Shown here piece after piece: positions 1-11,584 of a DNA stretch of 64,000 bases. The translations under genes were made by a program, and so were the position numbers. The first letter of the stretch is position 1. Each line of letters opens with the position of its first letter. The stretch is from Macrostomum lignano. Taxonomy: Eukaryota. The notes under the pieces are model-generated. The model made no database searches. It was not told where the DNA came from and worked only from the letters and a program-made list of their open reading frames with translations. The stretch lies in contig NIVC01001171.1 of the NCBI GenBank assembly GCA_002269645.1, forward strand, positions 1 to 64,000, read 5' to 3'.

Positions 1-69
1 TTTTCAATAAATTCTTATTAAGTCTGGTAGAAGCACTATTTCTAAAAATCGAGACATTGCATCTTAAAC

Positions 70-3000
70 AAAACACTTCAGAACTTTCGACCCAAAGCTA
101 TCGATCACTTTAGCATGACAACGGAGGTTAATTTGGGCGACTTGAGGCAGCTAACAATTTGGATCAGCAGCACCAGCCAGTTGGACTCTTGGCTCATGTC
201 AAGAATAGTTATCACTGACTGTCAGAAAAATACTCGTAAGAAAAACCTAGTTGATAAGTTTTAGTATATGGGATAGGTTGAGTTTAATGCCCTATGATGC
301 TCATTTTCCCTACCAACACAGGTATTTTTCATTCTAAACGACTGGGTGAAGCCACACAGCGACCAACTGGTTCATCTCGCCACCAGGGAGAATTTGTCGT
401 ATTGCCCTGGCCTGTTGCGCAACAATCTGAGCCGAAAGCTGACCGACGATCACATCTGGATGTCGGTGCTGCGCCGCAAGACTGACACCAATTTCTCGAG
501 AATTGAACGTCTGGGCGTCTGTTTCAGCGTGCTGTTCCTCACAATGATCGCCAACGCGATGTGGTACGGCGTTGGGGACGGCGGCTCAAACGCCCAACAG
601 ATGGTCCACATCGGGCCAGTGAAGTTCTCCGTGAACGCTCTGCTAACATCCATACTTGGTGCCTTGTGCGTTGTTCCAGTCTCCGCTCTGATCGCCTTAC
701 TCTTCATGAAGTCGCGCCTTGGCGTCGGAAAGAGGTCGCGAAAGTCTCAGCCAGTGATTTTTCTTCAAGAACGATCCATCGATACTCCACTGTATCAGCA
801 AAGACCACACAGCAGTCGGTCAGCAACAAATCGAAGCAAATTGTCCTACCGTTCTGGTGCAACATAGTTGCCTGGTTCCTAGTGCTGGCCAGTGTACTAG
901 TTTCTGGCCTATTCTTAGTGTTCTACGCCATGGACTGGGGCCGAGACAAGTCTCAAGAGTGGCTGGCGGCTTTCTTTCTGTCAACGTTTCAGTCTGTACT
1001 TATCATTCAACCACTAAAGGTAGGCATGCGATTGACATACTCGTATTTGTCTATGTTTAGGCATGACTCATGTCCACTCACCGATGCCTCGTGTCCACTC
1101 AGCGATGCCTTGTGTCCACTCAACGATGCCTCGTGTCCACTCAGCGATGCCTTGTGTCCACTCACCGATGCCTCCTGTTCACTCACCGATGCCTCGTGTC
1201 AACTCAACGATCCCTCGGGTCCGCTCACCGATGCCTCCTGTCCACTGTCTGACGTCTTACTATCCACCTACCGATGCAAAAAACAAAGGGAATACTTAAT
1301 ATTTCGATTGCTACACAGTATCTAAACATGTTTGTAGTCAAAACTGAATATGTTTGCTTCCTAGTCCTACGACAAGCAGGTGTTGATTTAAAAGTGTTAT
1401 CATCTGTTATAGTTTTTCGATTCGTATCATTAACTAGTGCTGCATACTCACACGAGAAACCTAATATAGTTTATTAAAGTATTCCAAAAGCATGTGCCCT
1501 TCTTATTTACATTATCCAGGTACTCGCTATTGGGCTGGTGATTTCAGTAATAATGCGCAAGGACTACGACGCGATGAAGATGGACTTGGTGCGAGTAAGG
1601 TACCATAACAACGCTAGAAAGAGAGGTATTGCCTTCAGTGATTCGCTTGATTTCTGGTTATTGTAAAGATTTTAACACAGTTCACTTTGCTTAACTGTTT
1701 CAGAGGTCTTCAAATACCTGCATGAACTCGAGGAAGAAGAAAAGAACGACGAACTGCTGAAAAAAGCCAGGAAGACTACGGTGGACCTGATATTGAGCCT
1801 TATTCTGCTGGTCCTCCTGTACTGCATCTGCTACGGAAACTTGGATCCTGTCACCTACAATCTGCATAAAAGCATTAAAATACATCTCGGAGTGGACAAA
1901 CTGAGCATGGTCAGCACGTTTGATAAGTACTACGAGTACCTGCGGACAACACTCATAACGGCACTGTACTCCAGCGACCTACCCCAGTTGGTAAATAATC
2001 TTAGTCAGTCGCAAGAATCGAGTTTCATCAGTGACCTCGCCGGTTATCGCTTAAGTCGCGTCACTGTGCGCCAGCTGCGCATCCGGCCAGTGGACGTGCA
2101 CCGTCTGGCACCCCCTGGCGGTGTCCATTTCAGCGAGGAAGTTCGCGACACCGGCTGTTACAGGCCCGGATGGCGAGAGCTGCGAGTCTGCAACTACTCA
2201 GAGACTCAGTCAGCTTTGGAGCTGGCATTCGTGGACTTGCCAGCAAAGCTTACCGACAGTATCGACTATTGGGGCCGCTTGAAGTTATACAGCGGCGGCG
2301 GATTCACCGCTGTGCTACCGAACGGAGCCAATCGAACAATGGAGCTTCTGACTGAGTTGCAGCGATTTAATTGGCTGGATAACTACACCAGACTGGCGAT
2401 TGTTGAGATGGACCTGTTCTATCCCAGTGTAAATTTGTTCACCAGCGTACTTCTCAGTCTGGAACTGCAACCTTTCGGCGGCAGCTTAAGCAACAGTGAG
2501 CTGTACAGTACCCGCTTGTACCGTTACATTGGAGCCGCTGGACTGTTCGCCCTGGTCTCGGAGATCCTCACCGCCCTGCTGTGTCTGATTATGATTTCTC
2601 GCGTTGTGCTGAGCATCAAGGAGCAAGGCCGTGCGTACTTCAGCAGCGCCTGGGCCTGGCTTGGCCTAGCCATGCACGCCTGTCTCGTATCGTGCGCCGT
2701 TTGCTACGGTTTGCGAACGGGCGCCACAATTGCCTCGCTAAACCAGCTGCGCAACGCTAAACTTCTGTCTACTAATCTGCGATATGTCATGTTGGTCAAT
2801 CAGCAGTTTTTCTACTTCCTAGGTGCAGCCACCTTCCTACTGCAGGTGTCATTTATTAATATTGTTAGGTTCAGTCGAGGGCTACACCATTTGCAAGGCA
2901 CAGTAAAGAAGTCGCTCGCCGAGCTGACGTCATTCATTCCGGTCTTTTTGATTGTGTTTTTTGCATTCACTCTGCTGCATCATCTGCTGCTTGGATGCCT

Positions 3001-3958
3001 TGAAGAGCCCTATAGGTCTGTGCTGGACTCGATTATAACAAACTTCTCAGCCATGCTGGGAAAATTTGACATGCAGTACGTGAGTCGCAACGGCCTGCTA
3101 GCAAAGTTGGCATTCCTGCTCTATGTCTCCTTCATCATGTACATCGTGTTGAATGCCTTCATTGCTATTATCAACGAATCATACGAGACGGTGCGCGAAG
3201 AGGCCGAGACAAGCCCCAGCGAGGAGGACTTCCAGTTGCTGGACCAGATTCTGGCCAACTTGCGCAGCCTGATGACCTGGAAAAGGAGTAGAGGAGAGGA
3301 GTACCTGGAAAAGGAGGAGTACGAAGGTGAGAAAGTTGCCTGGGCTATAAAAATATCGGTCAAATTTAGTGCTCATATGCATGCAGGATGGGATATCGAA
3401 CATTAAGTCAATACAGATCGAATCATCGTTAATACGGGGGCTGAGCAGCTCAGCGGTGAAGGCGTCTGACACCTCGAGCCACGAACCCTGGTTCGACTCT
3501 GTGCGACATTCATTTGAGACTTGTGCACCAAACAGTGGCCGGGGGGTCTCGTGCGATTCACAACCATGAGGTCCAGCCCCCGAGGCACATAGAGTGTATA
3601 TATATAGGAAAATTTTAATCACACAAACAGAAAAAACCTTCTGAAACCATGTACATGTACGCATGGCTTTGACTATATTTATTGCCAAAACTGAGTGCTT
3701 TCAAAAAATGCTCGTTTCTGCATGCATCTGGTTTAAAGATACTCTGGATTGACCATCGGGATCCTCGGCACGACGGGAAAAGTTACTTTAGTTTAAACAG
3801 TTGCCCGAGGGAAAGTTAGGCCATTCTTTTGTTGTTGATTATAAGAGTCTGAATACTGATTCACTGATCATCTGCTCGTTTCAGAGTGGCTTCGCGCTGC
3901 GGAAAACATGGAGGTTCGACTGCAAAGGCTCGTTCGGGAGTGCTGCGACAATAGTTGA
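70..3958 (+). CDS. Polycystin-1-like (PKD1L family) gene, 3' portion: PLAT domain, TM segments, TOP domain, channel domain. Approximate exons ~70-235, 322-734, 770-1019, 1520-1625, 1704-3326, 3885-3958; 5' part lies outside the window
   Basis: PLAT-like NFRPKAIDHF...LRQLTIW...WLMSRIVI. PKD1 motifs DDHIWMSV...FSRIERLGVCFSVLFLTMIANAMWY, LPFWCNIVAW...KSQEWL...QSVLIIQPLKV, YSGGGF and WLDNYTRLAIVEMDLFYPSVNLF. GT/AG junctions at 1020/1519, 1626/1703 and 3327/3884 keep the frame to TGA 3956-3958. The first two junctions are uncertain. Confidence 0.87.
1068..1262. repeat. 21-bp intronic minisatellite (ACTCACCGATGCCTCGTGTCC), about 9 copies
   Basis: Direct tandem periodicity, reflected in the repetitive ORFs (DASCPLS)n. 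Confidence 0.9.
3436..3580 (+). mobile_element. tRNA-derived SINE-like fragment in the last PKD1L intron
   Basis: A-box-like AGCTCAGCGG and B-box GGTTCGACTC (3490-3499) at tRNA spacing, but no intact cloverleaf. Confidence 0.5.
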
Positions 3959-5739
3959 AGCAGATTGACGGACTCGAACCAGTTGACTGGGCTGGGACAA
4001 TGTTTTCTTGATCTTTATCCATGTTCTTGGTTGCGGGCCGTCACCCTGCTCGCCTGAGGCCGTTTCATATAGCTAGAGTCGCTACCTTCATCTTCCAAGC
4101 TCATATTGTTGCTGATTTGTAGGTTAGAGAGCGCTGGTAAGCCTTTAGGAGACATGAGAGGAACTAAGTTAATGCTACTGGTACAAAGATTATGTCTTTT
4201 CTTACCAGTCAAACTTTTGGACTAAAGACTAGGGGCAGCAGTTGTCTTGAATGTAGGGTTCTGCCACTATGGATTAAGTCAACTGCTCCCAAGCTTAAAC
4301 TGACTGCAAAAAGCAGCAGTATTGGTGTGCTTTAATGGTTTAAATAGTAATGCACTGGTTAGATTTTACCCACAAAATCACTATCCACAGATAGCACGCC
4401 ACGCGTACCATGTAGTTTCAATCTCTTTCCCAATACCGCAGAGCAGTGTATCAACTAGCTTGTAACAGGTCAAGAGATTCCCATAGACTACTGACTGCAT
4501 AGCTTACTTGACTATTGAGTTCCAACAATTCATTCTGAACTTGTCTATGGTAAAACCAGGATAACAAAAACTAGCGGTCCAATTTTAATGTACAATTTTA
4601 TCCAACTGATGCGAGACTCATCGTGACTAACAAAATTGACGAGAGGCCGCGATTGCAGTTATGGACTGTGTTCCCAGCTGTTTTGACCAGACAGCGACTT
4701 CGACAGCGAATATGTGAGCTTCAATGAAGAATTACTAGATGAGGAAGATAGAGAAATGCCGAAGTACCTGTAGCTGAGTATGGAGTCGAGTTCGCCAACA
4801 AGAATGAATGGACAGAGCTGCTGTCAAGATGGTGCAGGCGTAGCCACCAACAGTGATTGTACAAGTGCGTAAAGTTGCGAATCCAGAATTGGCAGAATGG
4901 GTCCGGTTTACTCTAATTAATGAGCCCTATTTATGAGTATAATTTGTCAAAGCCGCAAAAGCCATGCACTTGCACTCATTGAAAATAACACTGTTCAATT
5001 GCCTGAAAGCAAAAATTGTAAGCATAAATTAAGATTTTTGAGAACATTCCAAAACAAAATAACACACACAAGAAATATCCTGGATTCGGAATTATTATCG
5101 AAAATATATACGTAGTTTACATGTTATCTAGTTTGTATCTTGCCTCCAAAAATGCACAATATACTAAAACTATATGGTCTATCTTTCTGTACCGGTAGAC
5201 TTTTTCAAAATGTTAATTGCATTGAAACTGTAGCAGATATTTTCCGTTTTCCTGGGTATAATCAATTGTAAAACAATTGTTAGAGTTGCGTTGGTCGACT
5301 AAATACTTCAATATCTATTCGATTTTTTTCGATTCTGTTTGAAATAAGTTTAAATTTAGATGATTGGAATTTTTTCCTGCGAATTTTTTCTTTTATATCT
5401 TTTACGTAACGAAGCTTTCTGCCTTGTGCGCTATTTTATGCACTTCTAACAGTACGATCAAGAATCTTTTATTATTGATGATAAAATAAAGCTGTGTTCT
5501 TTTGAAAAGCAAATCGGCCTAACTTCTAATTTATTTAACTATTATACACTATCCGTCACATTTTAAACAATTGCGTGTACTGCATGCAATCGTTACTCTC
5601 TGAATAAGGTGTGTTAGACACGCCGGGGGTGCCGCTGTACATATCGCTGTACTTTGGCGGGGGGTTGAGGTGTGGGGATGTTGGCCGCGCCGGCCAGCTT
5701 AAAGCCTCCGCACCCGGCCCGGCTTGTCTCCGCCGCCAT

Positions 5740-6760
5740 TTCTTAATTTCTCAAGGCGCAGCCGCAGTCATCTGGGATGCCGAGAGTTTCTGGAGTGTCA
5801 TCGACTGGGAGCTGGACTGCGGTGGTGTGTTCAAGGATGTTCATATCAACTTCAAGGAGGCTCTGGCACCTTTGCTGATCATCCTGCACCGTCGCTCTCA
5901 GCTGAAAAATTGTAAAATTGTCATCTACACCGACAGCACCGCAGCAGCTGGCATGATCAATCGGCTGAGCTGTCGTGACCCGCGGTTCCTGCAGGTGTAC
6001 CAGACTGTGGCTCTGCTGTGCATCAGGAACAGCATCAGTTTGGAGGCCTTTCACCTTCCTGGTCGCACGCAGATTTTTTCTGATGCCGCCTCCCGCATGT
6101 TTGCCTCGCAGTCTGAGCTCATTAACTTTTGCTGCCGCTACTACCGTACGCTCGTGATCTGCCCGCTTGAGTTCGCGTCGCACGCGCTCTCTGCCGCTTC
6201 CCAATCTCGCCTCCTTTTGCAGGTCGCCCTCGCCCTCCGGAGACGCCGCCCGCCCCCCGCGCTGTGTCCGCCGGACACCTGTGCCGCCTCGGCCTGGCGG
6301 AGAACTCCTGGCGATCCTACCTCAGCCAGCTGCGCTCCTGGGAAGCCTTCTGTGTTAGCGCAGGCCGCCCCTCATCTCCAGCTGACGGTGACCTGCTCTG
6401 CCGCTACATCGCGCACCTGGTGAGCACCCGGCTCCGGTCCTTCTCCAGCCTCCGATCCTACGTCCACGCCGTTCTTTTCTGCACCAAGCCACCGGCGCCC
6501 CCGACCCAGCGAAAGACTTCACCGTGTAGCTGGCCCTCCGCGGCGCCAAACGTCATCTGGGCCTGCGATGCAAACAGGCGAAGCTGCTGACCATCGAGCA
6601 CCTCAAGAGCATCCATCAGCAGCTCCCGCGCTCCATCTCAAGCGCAGATCTCCGGGCCACCTTCTGGGCGGCTCTTCTGGTGGGCTGGTGGGGCATGTTG
6701 CGCCTTGGCGACTTCCTATCGACCCGCGGCAGCCGCTCTGTCTCACGGGCCGACACGGGA
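5740..6760 (+). mobile_element. Tyrosine-recombinase retrotransposon (Ngaro/DIRS group) fragment: RNase H plus N-terminal part of YR, frameshifted
   Basis: RNase H motifs HINFKEALA...IVIYTDSTAA...AFHLPGRTQIFSDAASR, followed directly (no methyltransferase) by YR motifs LAENSWRSYLSQLRSWEAFC...LCRYIAHL...SLRSYVHAV and WAALLVGWWGMLRLGDFL. Confidence 0.85.
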
Positions 6761-6952
6761 CGACACGTTGCCTACGTACACGAGGCCAGCAAAACGACAG
6801 CACATGCACGTACTTGCATGCACACGTTACTGGAGCTGTGGAGCAACGTTAGCCACCATGTTTGCCACGAGATTGAATACATACTTTTGATAAAAATAGT
6901 ATAAAAACACTGCTCCGGCCGCTGGCGCGTCCGCTGATTCGGTGGAGTAACG

Positions 6953-7243
6953 GGTAATGGCTATACTAGAGTTCCGGCACCGGAACCTGTTTTCTAATGG
7001 CTATGGATCCGGCAGTCTTCTGCAGGCAGTTATCTACTGAAGTCTTTGAACATTAGAAGTATCTTGTTTTGAATCTCATCGTTTCGTTTTGATCTTATCT
7101 TGAACTAATCTCAATATCAACCACCCGTTAAAAAGTAAAATGTTTCTGCTATATTATACCCATAAATTGCACTACTGGAATACCACTGCCGGATCCATTG
7201 CCGTTAGAAAATGGGTTCCGGTGCCGGAACTCTAGCCATTGCC
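6953..7243. mobile_element. 291-bp MITE, Mutator-like
   Basis: About 60-bp imperfect TIRs (GGTAATGGCTA..CTAGAGTTCCGGCACCGGAACC / GGTTCCGGTGCCGGAACTCTAGCCATTGCC). Exact 9-bp TSD GGAGTAACG at 6944-6952 and 7244-7252. Confidence 0.88.
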
Positions 7244-8419
7244 GGAGTAACGCGAAGTAGACCGCGCTAAGACTGAGATTTCCTCCTCAACTAGGGCTTG
7301 CATGTGCTATTTCGATCAAGTATGAGCAATCAAGACTCCAATCGAAGTGATGCACGCGGCTATCTCTGAGTTATTTGAACTCATCTTTATTGGTCTATTG
7401 ATAGTGAAATGATCCATGATGTAGTCAATTTAATAATAGGAATGTTGCGCAAAGTGGCACCTATAGGTTGGGATAATGACCTAAAAGCATCCGACAATTA
7501 AATGATTACAAATTTTAACCAAAGAACAGTCGATAGGTGACTTTCGATGCTGCAGGTTGCGTAGGCACTGCATGCGTCGCTGTTGTAACTGGGGAGTCGA
7601 AATGATGCTGTCGGGGGCGATGATTCTTGCCGGAGTTCAGTATCGGGATAGGCCATGCAGCTAGGGGTTATCAGCAGGGATTGGAACAATTGACGGAATT
7701 AGCAATTAAATGACAGCCCAACAGTGGTCCTGAGCCAAGTCCAAGTCAGAGTCCAAGTGTACGACCCAGAGAGTGAGAAAGCGAGTGTTAAAGAGTTACT
7801 CAAATTGCGGGAAAACGAGCTGCTTATTTAGAGCTGAAATCAAAAAAGCCCCATGCGCGTGACTGCAGGTCGATGCACATGCAGGAACTCCGTGAACTCC
7901 CCTTGAACGAGTGAAGCAACCGAGTGGCATCACCTAGCTGCCTAGCCGTTACCGTGACTGGCTAAAAAATGGGTGGGTACGCTGCTTAAGGGTGGGGGAT
8001 TGCGACATCACATTACATGGGAGAAATGACTTGCGGGAGGGGGAGTTCATTTGATGCTTTCTAGCTAGTTCGGTGATTCCGGAGCGGAGGTTGAGGTGCA
8101 GGGAAAGAGAAGTTGGGGAGCAGGGCATAGGGATGAGTACCTGTCATCGAGCGAAGGGGCTTGGGTTGAGCTCTGACGGACTAATATACATGAATTTTTT
8201 ATGGAAGGCTGACCGTGGTGACATCAAAACCATCATGGGAATAGTATTTAAAAATCGGTTAAAAATAAGTTAAATCTTCTTTGATAGGGCATCTTGTTCA
8301 CGCAGCAACTTTTTATAATAAAGTTAAGCTAAAATTAGCTAAAACCTGTACCAGTAAATTTGAACTAACTAGAGTGATACGAGCGAGTTAACAATTTTTT
8401 TGCACGAAATTAAACTGCG

Positions 8420-8520
8420 TTTTTTCGTCTGCGCCGCGCCGCGCCGCCTTGATTGGAGCATCATCGCTCGCAACGTGCAAGCATCTTCTCTTGTTGCGCG
8501 CACGTAGAGGGTAGAGATGC
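8420..8520 (+). promoter_or_regulatory. Candidate TRAIP promoter (CpG-rich patch with inverted CCAAT box)
   Basis: GCGCCGCGCCGCGCCGCCTTGATTGG lies immediately before a 3-kb CpG-poor stretch leading to the TRAIP ATG. The assignment is inferential. Confidence 0.3.
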
Positions 8521-11500
8521 AGACTTTGCCTTGGTTCATCGCTGCCCGATCCCATTAAAAACTTTTTACTGAATCAACAACGAGAGTATCATCTTTTCTG
8601 TCGGCTTTTCATTCTATTAGGGCATTTGTATTTGCTATAGCATTAGTAGGCCTATTATAAGTAGCCTATTATAGATTCGTATATTGTCACTTATACAAGT
8701 TATAGTCAGACATAGTAATAGGAGTAATAGTACCTTAGACTATAACTAAGATAACACAGCCACAACTAGCTAATGCCTAGTTTAGGCACTTCAGTGAGAA
8801 AATTAAATTTCAGAAATTGTTATAGGCTGCTATTTCACTAGATAGATCTTACTTTCCCATTTCCAAAATGGCCAAACTTTAGTGATTTGGTTGAGTAATA
8901 AGGAAACTACAGCTATTTTAGTAACCCCGATTTGTGCCTTTAGCCAATGGAATTTTTACATTACGGTTTGTGATCATTTTTGGCCAAAAAGTTGGCTTTT
9001 TGTCTTTGAACACTTGTAATTAATTTTCTAGCCAACCAAAATGACTGTGCTTGGTGTCATTTTGTTCAGTTTTTTAGTGTTAATTGTATGAATTATATAT
9101 TTTAATATTATTTTATATGCCCAAGTTGCTAAGCTAATTGAAACAGGATGGGTGTATGAAATTTTGACTATTTTAACCAGATACGCAATGATTGCAATTT
9201 TAAAAATACAATAGCATCTGTTCTGCTTGCTTAATTTATACAAGGCTAGTGTCATTTTGTTCAGGTTTTTACCTACTATAATACTATTCTACTTCTTGCC
9301 CTAAATTTTTAATGCATGACAGACACCCCAACTGCAATGTAATGTGCTGTACAGGCTTTGCGCATGGGTTTATTAAAAAACGGTTTTGTCTATCGTGTTC
9401 AGCATAGCAGAATTAGTTAAATGACACAGAGAACTAGTTTGCCGGAAGGCAGAGTCTCACAAAAAACACGAAATACACGTTTCAATGGGTATTTTACATG
9501 TAAACGTATCAAAAAAAGAAACCTCCACAAAATTTTTGCGCCTATAGCTATTGGCAAGCGGTTTTTTTACTGTGCTTGTATTGTCAATAGGTAATGAAAA
9601 ATATAAAGAGAAACAATGCAGGAAAAGGATTTCATGGAAAATTTTGGATTTGAAATTTTGCATAGAGCCATATGGGCATTAAAAGAAAAAAAAATTTTTT
9701 TTAACACCAGAAAAATGTTTCTAAATTATCCCTTTACACTATAAAACCTTTGTTTCCATTATAAAAAACACATTGCAGCTAAGAAAAAGCATTTTCTGAA
9801 CCACTGTTTTTTTATTCATTTTGGCTTCAATTTTATATTCCTCCTAAAAAATGGTCAACTTTAAAAATAGACAGTGCAAAAAGTATAACAAAGCTAGACT
9901 TGCAGTTGGTGTCATTTGAAAGAGCTCCTTTTTACCTTTTAAATGCATATTTTACTTTCATCCTGGCTTCTATAGTTTCTTTAAAATCGCCCTTGAAAAA
10001 TTGGACTTTTTTCTTACTTTTTTGCCATTGGCACGCACTTCTTATAACTCACTGAAGTCCCTACCTAGTTTATTGGGCTGGGTAGTAGGTCTAGCTAGCC
10101 AAGTGTCAGTAGGCCTATACTATGTTTTCAATAATTTCTAATCATATTCAATATTCATACTCATAGCCTAGGCTTATAACATAAATGCAAGTCATTTATA
10201 TAACAAAATTACTACATTAGATGGTTCATAATCCTATTTATACCATAGCAAAACTAATTTAGGGCCTATTCCATGACAACACACTAGACTTTTTTCGGAG
10301 GATAAGCACCCTGTGCTGACCATAGGCTAGGCATAGTTAATATTGTCTGCCATCTGCATGAAAAAACTTTTATTAGCCTATTTAGAAGAGACTGGAGTGT
10401 CTGCACCTAAAAATTACTCACCTAGGGCCTAATTTTAAAAGATAATATCTTACTCTACATTAAGCTTGCTGTTTGCTACCTGTACCAAAAATTGCAATCA
10501 AACCAATTTGCATTTCTCAAATCTTGAATTAATCTCAAATTAGTTCTAAAATTCTATAGAAAATAGTATCATCTCAAGGCTCTATAGCTAAGGTAAAATC
10601 TATCCCAAAAACAAAGAACACATTCTGTATAGAAAGTAGGCCTATAAAAAATACATATGTACAATCAAAACTTCATTGTTTTTTTGGCCATGACATAGCA
10701 TAAAAAAGCTTTAGGCCCTAGTAAATTAATATTGGTGCTCTAGTATTAGGCCTATCATTGCTACATTCAAATCCAACAATATGTGCAATCTTCTAGCAAA
10801 AAAATCTATTGGGCCTATTCTATGCACTTTTAAAAGTAAATTTTTGTGTTCTTTATGCTTGTTATATAGATGTACACCCCTTGAAATGGACCCTTTTTAA
10901 CTTGTTCTTCAGTTTGAAGTTTTGTTTTGGCTAAATTTGACTTGGCTTTGCTTTGTTTATTTTTAGAAATGGGCCTTATAGGCTTTAGCATATGCAGTGA
11001 CCCACATCAAATTATTTTTTGTTTAACTTGTCTTTGTTATACTCATTTTAGCTATAATATAATGGCTAGGCATCTTGCACTAACAATTATTTCCAATTGG
11101 TGCTCTTCAACAGCTGGCTAAGCAGTAAGCTATGTTGATCTAAATGTTTATTAATATTATATATATAGTACCCCTTTAATATATATTATAATGCCCCCAT
11201 ATTCTAGAAATAAAAAATTTTAAATATGAAATAAATCTATTAATTAAAATGAAACATAATTTCAAAGAACTATATAAATCATCATTTAAAAATTATACAA
11301 AAGCAGTGCATCTTTTTTGTTTGCTCTTCTATCATAAACACTTTGACAAATTTTATGGCAATAAACAAACTCTACTTTGTCATCTTTGTTATGGTCTTAT
11401 TTACCTACAAGTACTATGGTGTCTTTCCTTTGTTACAACACTACTCAAGCTAAAACTCATTGTTTTGAAAACAATTACAGTTAATCATTGTAAGGCCTAC

Positions 11501-11584
11501 AGTTAAGCAGCAAGTTGAATTTGGCTTTCTGAGTATTAGCTATACTCAGCAGAGTATTTGAGTTGCCAAATACATTAAGCTACA

